NCBI GenBank assembly: GCA_052055015.1 | Contig: JBQJIT010000007.1 | From: Malassezia furfur | Lineage: Eukaryota | Length of the DNA: 64,000 nucleotides | Direction: 5' to 3' (one strand) | The notes under the pieces: model-generated | What the model was told of the DNA's origin: nothing | Seen by the model: the letters and a program-made list of their open reading frames with translations, nothing else | Database searches by the model: none | Shown here: positions 11,843 through 23,929 of the stretch, in pieces | Layout of the letters: every line of letters starts with the position of its first letter | How positions within the stretch are numbered: position 1 is the first letter of the stretch | Position numbers and translations under genes: made by a program

Positions 11843-12617
11843 TTACGCGCTTAAGCAAACCTCTGGCGTGGTCCCGTAATAGTACAACCGCGAAGCGATG
11901 TCCTGCAAGAGCCAGTCTAGGCCCTTGTCCAGGTTTTCGCCGGTATAGGCACTGGTGGCCTGAATTCTCCAGGAATGCGTCCGAATATCGTTCAGATGCA
12001 GGAGCTGCGGCGGTCAATCAAATAGATGGCTCATACCTTTTTTATTTGCTCAGGCGTGAGTGCACCGGGTATATCTTGCTTGTTCGCAAAAATCAGAATG
12101 GTCGTTCCAATGAGCCGCTGATATCAGTTACTGCGATCTTCCACACCTCTTCACCAAGAAGGGACCATAGTTCCTGTCGGCAATCTTCCATCCGCAATGG
12201 GTCGCTGCTGTCCACAACCCACACGATTGCATCGGTCTTCTCGAAATAGTTGCGCCAATATGGCCGGAGTGACCGCTGCCCACCAACGTCCCCTGGCGAG
12301 TGTTAGTTTCCCCCAATTCACTGTGCCAATGCAGCGAAACGTACAGACATTAAGCGTATACCTGTAAATGATCAGTCATACAATCTCTCTTTACGAACCC
12401 TTGACGTGTGAATGTCTTTATTGCAAATCCAAACGTGGGGCTGACTGTATCGACGCGTTCATTCATGAGATATTTAAGTGTGGTGGTTTTTCCTGCATTA
12501 TCCAGGCCCAGAAAGAGAACGCGAATCTCCCTGTCCTTGTCTTCCATGAATGTCAGCATCTCTCCAAAGATAAATAAGCGTACACTTGTTCTTTTGGATC
12601 ACGGTGAGCAGCCCCAT
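11843..12617 (-). CDS. ARL2: ADP-ribosylation factor-like GTPase Arl2/Cin4
   Basis: MGLLTVI N-terminus, [15 protein letters not shown] and C-terminal [14 protein letters not shown]; introns 12583-12541, 12398-12362, 12344-12293 and 12036-12005. Confidence 0.9.
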
Positions 12618-12910
12618 GCGCGTGCGTGTGTTGGATCGCGTACGCGACTTTATCCACGCGAGCAACGCAGGGGGGCCCCTCCACTTCGCCCACGTGGGGC
12701 TCCATGCCGGCTGAGCGGCGAGTAGACTTGCCGGACGCTGCGCGCAACTGTGCTAAACTCAAACTTCGGCCGACGTGCTGGCCAACGAGCGCAGTTGCAA
12801 TTGCATTTTGAGGCCGGACAACGGCGCATTACCCCACTTCCCTCACGCCACTAGAAGTGCTCTTTGGTGATCACCTATTCGTGCTCGGTTGAAATCGAAT
12901 CATTCACACG

Positions 12911-14558
12911 ATGTCTACTCAAGAGTCGAAGAAGGAATTGAAGCGGTTTTCGCGCGACGAGGTTGCTAAGGTGCGTGCTCCTATCGACGTGCGCGTGGAG
13001 CAAAGCTAACTCTTACAGCATAACAAGACCGATGATCTGTGGATTATCATCGACAGCTATGTCTACGATCTGTCGGACTTCGTGGAAGCTCACCCTGGTG
13101 GTGAGGCTGTGCTCCTCTCGGAGGAGGTTGCTGGCCAGGATGCGACCGAGACATTCTTGTACGTTGTTTGCAGCAAGTCGTGTGCTAACTATCAGTGGTC
13201 TCCACAACATGGCCGTCCTCCAGCGCTACGAAAAAATGATCATTGGCCAGATTGAAGGCGAGGAGTCGGAGGTGCACTACCCCCAACCCGGCGAACTGTC
13301 CAAGGTGCCGTATGCCGAGCCGTCTTGGCTGGTGGAGCCGTTTGCTTCCCCGTACTACAAGGAGTCGCACCGTCGTTTGCAGCACGAGATGCGCAAGTTC
13401 ACTGATACCTACGTCACCCCTGTTGCGCAGCGGTGTGAGCTGGACGGCAAGCGCCCCGACGTGGAGTTGGTCAAGCGCATGGGCGAGAACGGGCTGAACG
13501 CGATGCGCCTTGGCCCTGGCAAGCACCTCAAGGGCCGCAAGCTCTTTGCTGACATCAAGCCCGAGGAGTTTGACTACTTCCACGAGTTGATCATCACGCA
13601 AGAGCTCTCGCGGTGCGGCCAGCGCGGCTTTATGGACGGTCTCAATGGCGGTATGGTGATTGGTCTGCCGCCGATTCTCAACTTTGGCTCGGACGACCTG
13701 AAAGAGGAGATTGTCGAGCCCGTGTTCCGCGGTGACAAGTTTATTGCTCTGGCCGTGACCGAGGCCTTTGCCGGCTCCGACGTTATGGGTCTCAAGACAT
13801 ACGCCCAAAAGACCGAAGATGGCCAGCATTACATCGTCAACGGTACGAAGAAGTGGATCACCAACGGCCACTTTGCCGACTACTTCACGACCGCGGTCCG
13901 CACGGACGACGGCTTTGGTGTGATTGTCATCCCCCGCTCGCTCGGTGTTGAGACGCGCCAGCTCCACACGTCGTACTCGACGACCGCCGGTACGGCCTTT
14001 GTGATGTTCAACAACATCAAGGTGCCTGCCCGTAACCTGGTGGGCCAGGATGGCATGGGTATCCCCATCGTCCTGTCTAACTTTAACCATGAGCGCTGGG
14101 TCATGGTGTGCGGTATCGCCCGCGGCGCGCGTGGCATCATCGAGGTGCTCCTCAAGTGGATCAACCAGCGCAAGGTGTTCGGCCGTCCGCTGAGCTCCCA
14201 GGCAGTCGTGCGCCAAAAGATTGCCTTCTTGATCGCTCAGGTCGAGGCGCTCCATGCCTACCTCGAGCACATCACTCACCAGATGAACCAGATGTCCTAC
14301 AAGCAGCAGGCTAAGTTCCTTGCAGGCCAGATCGCCTTCCTCAAGGCCTGGTCAACGCGCGTTAGCGAGCAGGTTGCAGACAGTGCGGTCCAGATCATGG
14401 GTGGCCGTGGCCTTACCCGGACGGGCCTGGGCGCGCCCGTCGAAATGTACCACCGCACGTACAAGTTCGACGCTGTCCTTGGTGGTTCGGAGGAGATTCT
14501 TGCCGACCTCGGTCTCAGGCAGGCACTGCGTTTCTTCCCCAAGAACGTCAAGCTCTAA
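12911..14558 (+). CDS. Acyl-CoA dehydrogenase with N-terminal cytochrome b5-like domain
   Basis: The spliced N-terminus gives EVAKHN..DLWIIID..VYDL...HPGG (introns 12971-13018 and 13159-13195); ACAD motifs ALAVTEAFAGSD, NGTKKWITNG and GGSEEI. Confidence 0.92.
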
Positions 14559-14736
14559 GAAAACCCTGCTTGCGCACAGGCTGCTGCGGATTCACGACCG
14601 AAAGCCCTTGAAGCATGTCATATACTAGAAAACAGATAGTGCAGTCGCTTTGATCCGAATTTATTGGATATACCACTCATCCTCCTCCACATTGACGCCT
14701 TGGGCGAAATTTTAGTCTAGCTCGTTTGAAACGACG

Positions 14737-15048
14737 ATGGCCAAATTGCGCTCCAGCAAGATCTCGCCCCACGCGCCCAAACCAGGCACCTTATCCGCGC
14801 ACAAATTCACTAAAGATATTAAGCGTGCTCATGTTAAGGCACGGCAGCGTCTCTCTTCCAATAAGGCACGCGACGCGAAACAGCGGGAGGAACTCGATGG
14901 CCTACTTCCCCAGCTCGCGCAAACCGAGCCGCTGCCGGCGAATCCAGTACGTGCGCCGACTTACGTGCAGTTGCGTGAAACCAAGAAAAGCCGGCGACGA
15001 ACGGACGTCTCCAAGGCCTTGGATGGTCTAGAGAACCTACACACCTGA
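14737..15048 (+). CDS. Small basic hypothetical protein (~95-103 aa)
   Basis: Lys/Arg-rich ORF filling the gap between two genes; contains an in-frame 24-nt intron-like segment at 14947-14970 (GTACGT...CTTAC...CAG). Confidence 0.55.
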   Translation: MAKLRSSKISPHAPKPGTLSAHKFTKDIKRAHVKARQRLSSNKARDAKQREELDGLLPQLAQTEPLPANPVRAPTYVQLRETKKSRRRTDVSKALDGLENLHT

Positions 15049-15084
15049 GTGATGGCGTATGAGCTATGCTTTCAAGATACTTGA

Positions 15085-16620
15085 TTACATCTTTGCCTTG
15101 ATCGCATCGGATTCCAGATACGACTCTGGGTTGGGGGCTTCCTCGCCGACCCGGATGGAATCGGTCGACTTCCGGTTCGGGTTTGCCGGATCGTTCATTT
15201 CCAGGTGGTGCGCAAACGAAAAGACGCGACGTTGGTGAGACGACAGGCCAAAGTCGGGCACGAGCTCGTCTGTGCCACTCTCCAAGTGGAGCAGGCGCGC
15301 CGAGATCAGACGGCCAAGAACGGGCAAGAACTAGGCGTCAGTGTGTCACGTACCTTGAAACCGTGGCCCGAGTCACCAGAGGCAACCAAGAGACCATCGA
15401 CCCCCGGGTAAAAGTCGATCAGGAAGTTCTCATCCACTGAGTCGCTGTACCAGCACATACGTGTATAAAGAATCTCGGCATTCTTGTGGGGACCTTCGAG
15501 CTGGAGGATGGGGTATTGCGAACGCAGTTCCGCGATCATGTGGTTCAACTGCTTTTCCGTACCGACGTTGGCGAAGTTGGTACCTGGGTAATTTGCAGGG
15601 TCAAAGTCCAACGATCCAATCTGCAAGGTTAGTGTAGGAAACGTACACCGTGGATGGCACACTTGAGGATGCCATCTGCGTTCGGCTCAAACGTGTAGAA
15701 GCCACTGTGGTTAGCAATAGCGCATGCAGCGAACATACCTGTACATATTGAATGTCACGGGCGTATCCTTGAATTTTTGAGCGACTTCGGGGTCCAACTT
15801 GAGCGTCAACACACAGTGCGCCGTCGCCTTCAAAACTGGTCGTGGCAAGGAAAGTTTGAGTTGGTCCAGCAGCGATGACGTCCAACAACCAGCCGTCAAC
15901 ACAACACGGTCAGCAAGGAATGTACGACCATCTGCGGTCTTGACACCAATGACCTTGGGCTTGGTCTGATCGTACTTGGGCTCTGCGTAGACCAACGAGG
16001 TGACACGCGCATTGCCCACGACCTCTGCACCCATACGCCTTGCTTCATTCAGCATCGAAAAAGTGGCGTTCTTGGCCTTTGCCCAACCACCCTGGGGGTT
16101 GAAGTAGCCTACTTGGCCATCATACGACTTGTATGCATGGCCAAGATGGGGCTGCAGCGCGGGAGGGAAAACACCCACCGCATGTTCACTATCCGTGACA
16201 GCGTAAGCCGTTGGCAATTCAACCTTGTCCACATTGTCGCCCATACCAGTGACAGGGGCCATGGCGTTTTTCACGCTATCTTCAACCCATTGAGCGACCT
16301 TGCTGAGATGCATGCCTGATCGGAAGAATACGCCGGTCTCATGGTAGTAGTCCCTCAAGATTGGGTTGGTGCGCCAGTGGTGGATAGCTTTCTTGCAGAG
16401 ATCGCGATAATGCTGGTCCTTACCGTGAGCTTGGGTCACTCACCTCGTAGTCTGCACGGATGATCTTGTTCAAATCGTTCGAAGCAGCATTGTCCGCCGC
16501 ATTTCCGTCTGCCGATTTCTCAAGCACCGTGACTTTGTGGCCCAGACGCGCGAGCTCTAGGGCTGTTGAGGCGCCAAAGGCGCCTCCTCCGACGATTAGC
16601 ACATGCGTGAACGTGCTCAT
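15085..16620 (-). CDS. FAD-dependent oxidase of the sarcosine/pipecolate/fructosyl-amino-acid oxidase family
   Basis: Motifs VLIVGGGAFG, ASNDLNKIIRADY, RMCWYSD (Cys at the covalent-FAD position in this family) and SGDSGHGFKF; introns 16443-16419, 15738-15705, 15646-15621 and 15353-15331; ends in AKM. Confidence 0.9.
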
Positions 16621-16725
16621 GCCAGGCGTGTAAACAGGTTTCAGATGAGATAGTGAATTCTAAAGAAATATTTTATCTAGGGTATTGCATCGAAACCGTC
16701 CGATTCTTTCGATAAACCAAGGGTC

Positions 16726-16734
16726 ATGAGTCAT
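16726..16734. promoter_or_regulatory. Perfect Gcn4/CpcA (AP-1-like) site ATGAGTCAT
   Basis: Motif ~105 nt upstream of the oxidase ATG in the divergent promoter; motif match only. Confidence 0.35.
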
Positions 16735-17046
16735 CGGGCGATATTCCCCTAGTGATAGCGAAACTAAGGTCCTGTACATAGCCTATGTGTGCCATGCCAT
16801 CATACTAGGTAAGGGCGTGCGCCTACACTTATAGGATAGGCACGGCGTGTTCCATTTTATGCGCTTGCAAGCACAAATTCTTGTAGACGAACATAACGAT
16901 ACCATTTGTTTAAATGCCCGATCGATGTGGCCGAACGCAGTGTTGGATGGAGGCGTGACACGTCCGGAAGTGCCGCGCCGATCGCGCACCGTGAATCCTA
17001 AATTTCGTGTTTCCTCCCATTTTGGGTAATGCAGTGACGTGCTGCT

Positions 17047-19489
17047 ATGGAACCCGATCTCAACATGAGCATGGGTCCTCCGACACAACATAGAGGGTCT
17101 TCTGACCCTCCAGCTCGTTTATCCCCCATGGCCGAAGACCATACGTCTTCCCAGTCCAATGGACCAAAAGCCGACAACGACCATACGCGCGCGCCGACCA
17201 GCCCACCGACTCCCCTAAGCGAAGCAAGCCAACCTGAGCCCAAGGAACTACCAAATAATACACCAGATGAGCTAACTGCAACGCGAACTGAGCCAACCTC
17301 GGCGAGAGAGAAGCCATCCGCCGATGCGGAGTCAACCTCAAGTATAAATACGTTGTTCCCGCCGGGAGTGCAGGAAGCAGGGCAAGCCGAAGGCGAAAAG
17401 ACATTGAACGCTAGCTCATCCATGCCAGAGGCGAGGATAAGTGAGCCTACGCACGGCCCAAATACCCAGGAGCGTCCTAAACCCTCACACGCACCCGGCA
17501 AACCGCGTCGCGTCGCACTGCAGACCGCTCCCCTCGGCTCTGTATCCAAAGAGCCTGAGCTGTCATCAGCCAAGGCGAGGGAGGAGCAGACATCACCCAC
17601 CGCGCCTGACACCGTGTCGTCATCGCATTCAAATCCTATGCCGTCATCAAGCATGCGCAGTAACGAGTCCAAACAAGGCGACGATGCTCCCGAAAGAATG
17701 GAAGAAGACGAGCCAGAGAAGTTCGAGAAAGAGCCAGATTCTGTGTCTCGCAAGCGGCCTCGGAGTCCTACTCCGGACGACGACGATGTCGATGCAACGC
17801 CGACAACGCTCCCCCGGCCGACCATCCGGCTCCAGGTGGACATTCACCCGGGCAGCCTCAGTAAGAGCGACTACATCGCGTCGATTCCCAAATTATCGGT
17901 TGAACGACTGGAGTCCAAATACCCCAAATGGGCTGCATGGTATCGCTCGACCTATCTGGAAACAGAAATGGCACATTCAAGCTACCAAAGTGTGGGCCTC
18001 TCCCAGCAAGAACTCGAAGATCTGGGCGACCTGGCCAAACTCTTACAGAAATATCCACCACAAAGCAGCGGCGGTCCTCAACGCAAGCGGCGAATGGACG
18101 AATACGATGTGGGTTCGTACGATACCAAAGACCCCTTTGTGGACGATTCCGAGCTAGGACTGGACGAGCCTACCCATATTGTCAAGACGCGCTCGGACGG
18201 TTTCTACGTGGCGCAGGGTCCTGTTGAACTTGCTCGTGCCAAATCCAACCAGCTCGCCTCTCGGTCTGCGTCGGCGTTCCGCTCGAGCATCAACGGGTCG
18301 GGTATGGGTGGGGGGTGGTCCGGCTATGCGCGCCAGACCAACAAGCTCTTGGCCAAGCGTGCAGCGTCGCGCAAAAGCCAAAGCACTGCACCGCCCGTGC
18401 CCAAGGCCAAGACCCCCCAGGAGGAATCCATGCCAACCGACCAAGCGACGCCGGCGCCGCAGTCTGAGCCGGACAAGGATACCAGCGTTGTTCCTCCTAC
18501 ACCCCAAGAGCCGAGCCAACCGAGGGAAGCGACTCCTACGCAGCCGAACTCAGGCTCGTCTGCGGATAAGGCGGACAAGAAGAAGAGCAAATACCCTACG
18601 CGTCCTGTCCACCCTCAACTGCAAGCAATGTTCGATCATCTCAAGACTTTGGTCCAGCGGGCGAGTTTTGCGGTCAAAACCAAGTTCCCTCCCGAGCTCA
18701 AACCTCCGCTGATCGATACGGCGAAGTTGGCCGTGGAGCTGGACGAGTACAACGACAATTTTTTCAACTACTTGCCGTCCATCTTCCCATATAATCGGTT
18801 CACCATGATGGTACGCTTGTTTCTCGTGGGACGCTAACCCTAGAAATTGACCAAGCGCGAGTTCTTCCATAAACACATGGAGTACTACCGCGAACTGCAG
18901 GAAGAACAGCTTGATGTCCTGTACAAGCTCATTCAGGACTCATTCCCCCAACAAGCCGCCGAGTATGCGGCTTTGGAAAAGGGCCGGTTGAAAGCAACCG
19001 AGGAAAACAAGTCGGAGACGTCATTCGAGAATACCACAACTGCCTCCGCCTCAGGCTCAGGCTCAGGCTCCGACGACGACAAGGACGACGAGGACGACAA
19101 AGATGATGATGACCGCGAAGTCGATCTCACCGAGAAGGAAGATGGGACAAGCACGAATGATGGTAAGTGGCAGCACTTACAGCAGTCCACGCAAAACGGT
19201 TCCGATGGACCGACGAGATGCGCGACGAGCTCTTCACCATTGTCACTGTCGAGAATGCGATGAGCGAGATCCGGAACGAAAAGCTGAAGCTCGAGAATTC
19301 GCCCGAGACCTACAGCGAGATCAACGCGCGCAAGGCATTGTACAAACGCGTACGTACTTGCTATGCTTATGCCAGATCGCCGAGTTTGTCCCCGAGGGAT
19401 GGATGAATACGACGCAGGTTTCGCGCGAGTACGGACTAGTGAAGAAACGGCGCGACCGCGAGGCATTAATGGAGCTAGAGGGGTCATAA
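17047..19489 (+). CDS. HPC2: HIR histone chaperone complex subunit Hpc2/ubinuclein-like
   Basis: HUN motif YDTKDPFVDDSE...DGFYV and ubinuclein middle region FFNYLPSIFPYNRFTM...KRFRWTDEMR...GWMNT; introns 18811-18843, 19163-19182/19185 and 19350-19375. Confidence 0.82.
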
Positions 19490-20282
19490 TTACTCTTCCA
19501 TAGCCACTTCCTGTTGATCAACAATGCAGACATACCCCTTGGTCCGACTGTGCTGCCGGGGCATTCATAAACGCGTCCAACTCTGCATCCAAATCTGCCG
19601 CCGATGCTGGCGCGCGACGTGCGTTGCGCTCGCGGCGTGCACCCTTTGGTTTTGGTGGGGGCACTCTGTGGTCAGGAGCATGCCCGGCGAGTCGGTCGGC
19701 GAGGGACGGGGCGCGGCCGGCTGTGCCCTTTTTGGACGGACCCGAGTTCAGACGCGTGGTTCCAAGCACCTTGACTTGGATCGTTTCGCCCTTGGCTTTG
19801 GCGCCATCAAACTCGTCCACGGCGGCTTGGGCATCCGCCTCAGAGCGGTACCACACCAAGGCGGACCCAGTGGACCTCCCTGATGCGTCGAACTGGCGTG
19901 AGAAGCGCGAGGCTTACTTTGATCGACGGTCCCTTGACGATTGATCCGATCTGGCTGAACAGGTCCTGGCGTCAGCTACACGCCATGTGCATGCGTACCT
20001 TCAGTTCCTGCTCTGAGACCTCGTAGTGTAGCCCATCAATGGCTACCTTCGTGGCGATCTGCTCGGCGTGTGATGCTGACGAGGGACCGCGACGTGGCGC
20101 GCCGCGTCGCTCGGTAAACTTGTCGTGCTTCCACGTCTCCTCGGAAGCGCGCTGAGGACGCTGTAAAGTTAGCCGAGAGTACCTACGCTTACCTCGTATG
20201 GTGCGGCGCGAGCGCTACTACCCGATGTCCTGCGTTCGCGGCGCACGTCCGCGAGCGACTGGTCCAGCAGCCGCGACGCCAT
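19490..20282 (-). CDS. RRM mRNA-export adaptor (Yra1/ALYREF-like)
   Basis: N-terminal LLDQSL motif, RRM (GLHYEVSEQELKDLFSQIG...FDASGRSTG) and C-terminal DLDAELDAFM; introns 20192-20161, 19998-19966, 19917-19893 and 19535-19511. Confidence 0.8.
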
Positions 20283-20493
20283 GAGGTGGATCGTGCGCGG
20301 TGGTGTTGCTTACGTGGACAAGTGTCATCACAACAGGAGAACACCGTGGAAGCTGGAAGATTACGTGTTGTGGCTGCAGGTTGCGCGTGTGGCGACGTGG
20401 AAGGCCAGCGCACGCGGTGTACAGGACGCTTTCCCATTGAGCATATAATTGCCAGACTCCCCCACGTCTCGCACCGACGTTCCAGTTCCAACC

Positions 20494-22512
20494 ATGCTCT
20501 TGCAAGTAAAGCCGGCACTGCTTAGTGTGGTGTTTGCGCTCCTGTCTCTGCTGTCTGTGTCGCTCCTGCTCTCTGCACCTTACGGAGGCACGGGTGTGGC
20601 CGCGCAGGATAAGCGCAGCGACTATGGCACGGTGATTGGTATCGACTTGGGTACGACCTATTCGTGTGTGGGTGTCCAGCGCAGTGGTCGCGTTGAGATT
20701 ATCGCAAACGATCAGGGCAACCGTATCACGCCGTCGTACGTGGCCTTCACCAAGGATGGCGAACGTCTGATTGGTGACGCTGCCAAGAACCAGGCTTCGC
20801 AGAACCCCGACAACACCATCTTTGACGCCAAGCGTCTGATTGGTCGCAAGTGGGGTGAGGCGGACGTCAAGAAGGACATCAAGCATTTCCCCTTCAAGCT
20901 CGTTGAGAAGAAGGGCAAGCCCGCGATCCAGGTCGAGGTGAACGGCGAGAAGAAGGTCTTCACTCCCGAGGAGATCAGCGCCATGATCCTGCAAAAGATG
21001 AAGGAGACCGCCGAAGCCTACCTGGGCCACAAGGTGTCGCACGCCGTCGTGACGGTGCCCGCCTACTTCAATGACGCGCAGCGCACGGCAACCAAGGATG
21101 CCGGCACCATCGCGGGTCTTGAGGTGCTCCGCATTGTCAACGAGCCCACGGCTGCTGCGATTGCCTACGGTCTTGACAAGAAGGACGGCGAGTCGCAGAT
21201 TATCGTGTACGACCTGGGCGGTGGTACCTTTGACGTGTCGCTCCTGTCGATTGACTCGGGTGTGTTCGAGGTGCTGGCGACTGCCGGTGACACGCACCTG
21301 GGTGGTGAGGACTTTGACAACCGCGTTTCGGAATACATGCTCAAGCAGTTCAAGAAGAAGACGGGTCTCGACGCCGCAAGCAACAAGCGCAGCGTCGGTA
21401 AGCTGAAGCGCGAGGTCGAGCGCGCCAAGCGCACGCTCTCGAGCCAGATGAGCACCAAGATTGAGATCGAGAGCTTCTTCGACGGTCAGGATCTCTCGGA
21501 GACGCTCACCCGCGCCAAGTTTGAGGAGCTCAACGCCGATCTCTTCCGCCGCACGCTCAAGCCCGTTGAGCAGGTGCTCAAGGACGCCGGCGTGAAGAAG
21601 GATGAGGTGGACGACGTGGTGCTCGTGGGTGGTTCTACGCGTATCCCGAAGGTGCAGCAGATGCTCAAGGACTTCTTCAACGGCAAGGAGCCCTCCAAGG
21701 GCATCAACCCCGACGAGGCCGTTGCCTGGGGTGCCGCCGTCCAGGGTGGTGTGCTCAGCGGTGACGAGTCGCTCGGCGGTGTGGTGCTGATCGACGTTAA
21801 CCCGCTCACGCTCGGCATCGAAACGACCGGCGGTGTGATGACCAAGCTGATCCCCCGCAACACGGTCGTGCCCACCAAGAAGAGCCAGATCTTCTCGACG
21901 GCTGCCGACAACCAGAACACGGTCATGATCCAGGTGTACGAGGGTGAGCGCTCCATGACGCGCGACAACAACATGCTCGGCAAGTTTGAGCTGAACAACA
22001 TCCCTCCTGCGCCGCGCGGTGTGCCGCAGATCGAGGTTACGTTCGAGATCGACGCGAACGGCATCATGAAGGTGTCGGCCGCGGACAAGGGTACGGGCCG
22101 CAGCGAGTCGATTACCATCACCAACGACAAGGGTCGTCTGAGCAAGGAGGAGATCGATCGCATGGTCCAGGAGGCCGAGGAGTACGCTGAACAGGACGAG
22201 GCGGTGCGCCGCCGCGTCGAGGCGCTCAACAACTACCAAAACTTTGTCTCGACGCTCCGCACCCAGATCACCGACAAGGAGGGCCTGGGTGGCAAGTTGA
22301 GCAAGGAGGACAAGGAGACCATCCAGCAGCACCTCAAGGACGCTGACAAGTGGCTTGAGGAGAACGGCGAGAACGCCGAGGCGCAGGACATTGAGGAGCA
22401 GATCTCCGAGCTCCAGAGCGCCGTGACGCCCATCACTGCCAAGGTCTACCAGGACAGCGGTGCGGCGGGCAGCAGCGGTGACGAGGAGCCCAACTACCAC
22501 GACGAGCTCTAA
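20494..22512 (+). CDS. KAR2: ER Hsp70 chaperone BiP/Kar2
   Basis: Signal peptide, [20 protein letters not shown] and C-terminal HDEL. Confidence 0.98.
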   Translation: MLLQVKPALLSVVFALLSLLSVSLLLSAPYGGTGVAAQDKRSDYGTVIGIDLGTTYSCVGVQRSGRVEIIANDQGNRITPSYVAFTKDGERLIGDAAKNQASQNPDNTIFDAKRLIGRKWGEADVKKDIKHFPFKLVEKKGKPAIQVEVNGEKKVFTPEEISAMILQKMKETAEAYLGHKVSHAVVTVPAYFNDAQRTATKDAGTIAGLEVLRIVNEPTAAAIAYGLDKKDGESQIIVYDLGGGTFDVSLLSIDSGVFEVLATAGDTHLGGEDFDNRVSEYMLKQFKKKTGLDAASNKRSVGKLKREVERAKRTLSSQMSTKIEIESFFDGQDLSETLTRAKFEELNADLFRRTLKPVEQVLKDAGVKKDEVDDVVLVGGSTRIPKVQQMLKDFFNGKEPSKGINPDEAVAWGAAVQGGVLSGDESLGGVVLIDVNPLTLGIETTGGVMTKLIPRNTVVPTKKSQIFSTAADNQNTVMIQVYEGERSMTRDNNMLGKFELNNIPPAPRGVPQIEVTFEIDANGIMKVSAADKGTGRSESITITNDKGRLSKEEIDRMVQEAEEYAEQDEAVRRRVEALNNYQNFVSTLRTQITDKEGLGGKLSKEDKETIQQHLKDADKWLEENGENAEAQDIEEQISELQSAVTPITAKVYQDSGAAGSSGDEEPNYHDEL

Positions 22513-22914
22513 ATAGTCGGTCTTTGTTACCATAATGCCATACTAATTCGGATCCTACACGTTCCGCGCCTCAACGAACCCGGTCCGTGCGCATCGTAGC
22601 GGGGACGGACAAGGGCGGAAGCACAGCGCACGGCCGCGCCTCGTACGCGGTCCTTGCGCGCGCCGCCGCGCTCCGTTCGTACCTCCCCGCCTCGGTGCAC
22701 TGCGCGCGGCAAGGCCAATCCGTGCGTGGGGCCGGTTGGCGCACAGGCCGCGCAAGATCCGGCCCAACGCGTCCAATAACCTTATCGCTAGACACAGCTT
22801 CGACCTCCGCACTCGAACAGGCCTTGCACTTCCGCGACACAAAGGCGCGGCGTGGCCAGACTCAAAAAGCGCGCGAGGTTGTCGTACGTAGCACCACCCA
22901 CTTTTTCTCCAGCT

Positions 22915-23553
22915 ATGTACACCAAACCATTTTCAGTTCTTGTCGCGCTCTCCGTGGTCGCCGCTGCCGCCAAAACGAGTCTGAAGATCGATGCGCCCTC
23001 CTCGGTTTCGCAATGCCAGCCCTTTGATGTCTCTTGGAGTGGCGGCGAAGGCCCGTACCACTGCGAACTCGTCCCGGAGGGCGGCAGCCAAGGCGCGGCT
23101 CATGCGCCGCAGAAGACATCGGCCATGCGTTTAACCTGGAAGCCTCAGCTCCAAAAGGGTCAGAAGTTCACCGTACGCGTCACCGACAAGGCGGGCAACT
23201 CGGTGAAGTGCCAGCCCGTCACGGTTATCAACGGGCCGGACGACTGCCTCGGCGATAGTATGGGTGGTGATGGCATCATCCCTGGTGATGGCATCGGTAT
23301 TGGCCCCGACGGTCAGTCGGTGCCCCTGGATGGTGGCAATCCTAACGCTCCGTTTGACGGTTCGGGCTCGGACGGATCGATGCCCGACGAACCGTCGGGT
23401 GCCATGCCAATGCCTTCCTCGTCCGCCAAACCCTACGTTACCGGCCACTCCAGTAACTCATCCTCGTCAGGTAGCCAGTCCGGCAACATGACGCGTACGA
23501 CGCTAGGCAGTTCGAGTGGGATGCGTACGGTGCACCCCACGAGCGCGTTTTGA
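22915..23553 (+). CDS. Secreted Gly/Ser-rich protein with N-terminal Ig-like domain (paralog of 26164-26853)
   Basis: Signal peptide and motif IDAPSSVSQCQPFDVSWSGGEGPY...LTWKP...GQKFTVRVTD; low-complexity tail without a clear GPI signal. Confidence 0.75.
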   Translation: MYTKPFSVLVALSVVAAAAKTSLKIDAPSSVSQCQPFDVSWSGGEGPYHCELVPEGGSQGAAHAPQKTSAMRLTWKPQLQKGQKFTVRVTDKAGNSVKCQPVTVINGPDDCLGDSMGGDGIIPGDGIGIGPDGQSVPLDGGNPNAPFDGSGSDGSMPDEPSGAMPMPSSSAKPYVTGHSSNSSSSGSQSGNMTRTTLGSSSGMRTVHPTSAF

Positions 23554-23929
23554 ACGTCGACCCCATGGATGTGGTGACGCTTGGGTGGAATTTCATTGTA
23601 TGATGCCATTTTTGGGACTGACTGACGTGTCTAGCCGCTTTACATCAGCTGAGGTGCATCGCCATGGGGACAGACAAAATGTGAGATACAACACTGTGAT
23701 CCATGGGCGGATCCATGGGCGGAATTCTCAGGCCAATGGTGTACGACTGCGCGGCATCTTCTCGCGCCGCAACTTATGATAAGCTCTTGGCAAGCCTGCC
23801 ATCCGACGCCTAACTGCGCCTTTTCGGCGTGGCAGGACTGCCGAGGAGTTTGTGACACAAGGGCGTAATTGACGGCCAAGCTTTAAAGCGCGCTCCGAGC
23901 TCGCACGATCCACATCGTTCAGTGTGCCC

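Noticed and set aside
13185..14279. Long antisense ORFs opposite the ACAD, eIF3e, RPL6, ARF1, BST1 and GATA genes
   Set aside because: Expected from high GC3 and the scarcity of stop codons on the opposite strand.
20218..22533. 771-aa antisense ORF opposite BiP
   Set aside because: Well-known shadow ORF of Hsp70 genes caused by strong codon bias in GC-rich genomes; no independent motifs.
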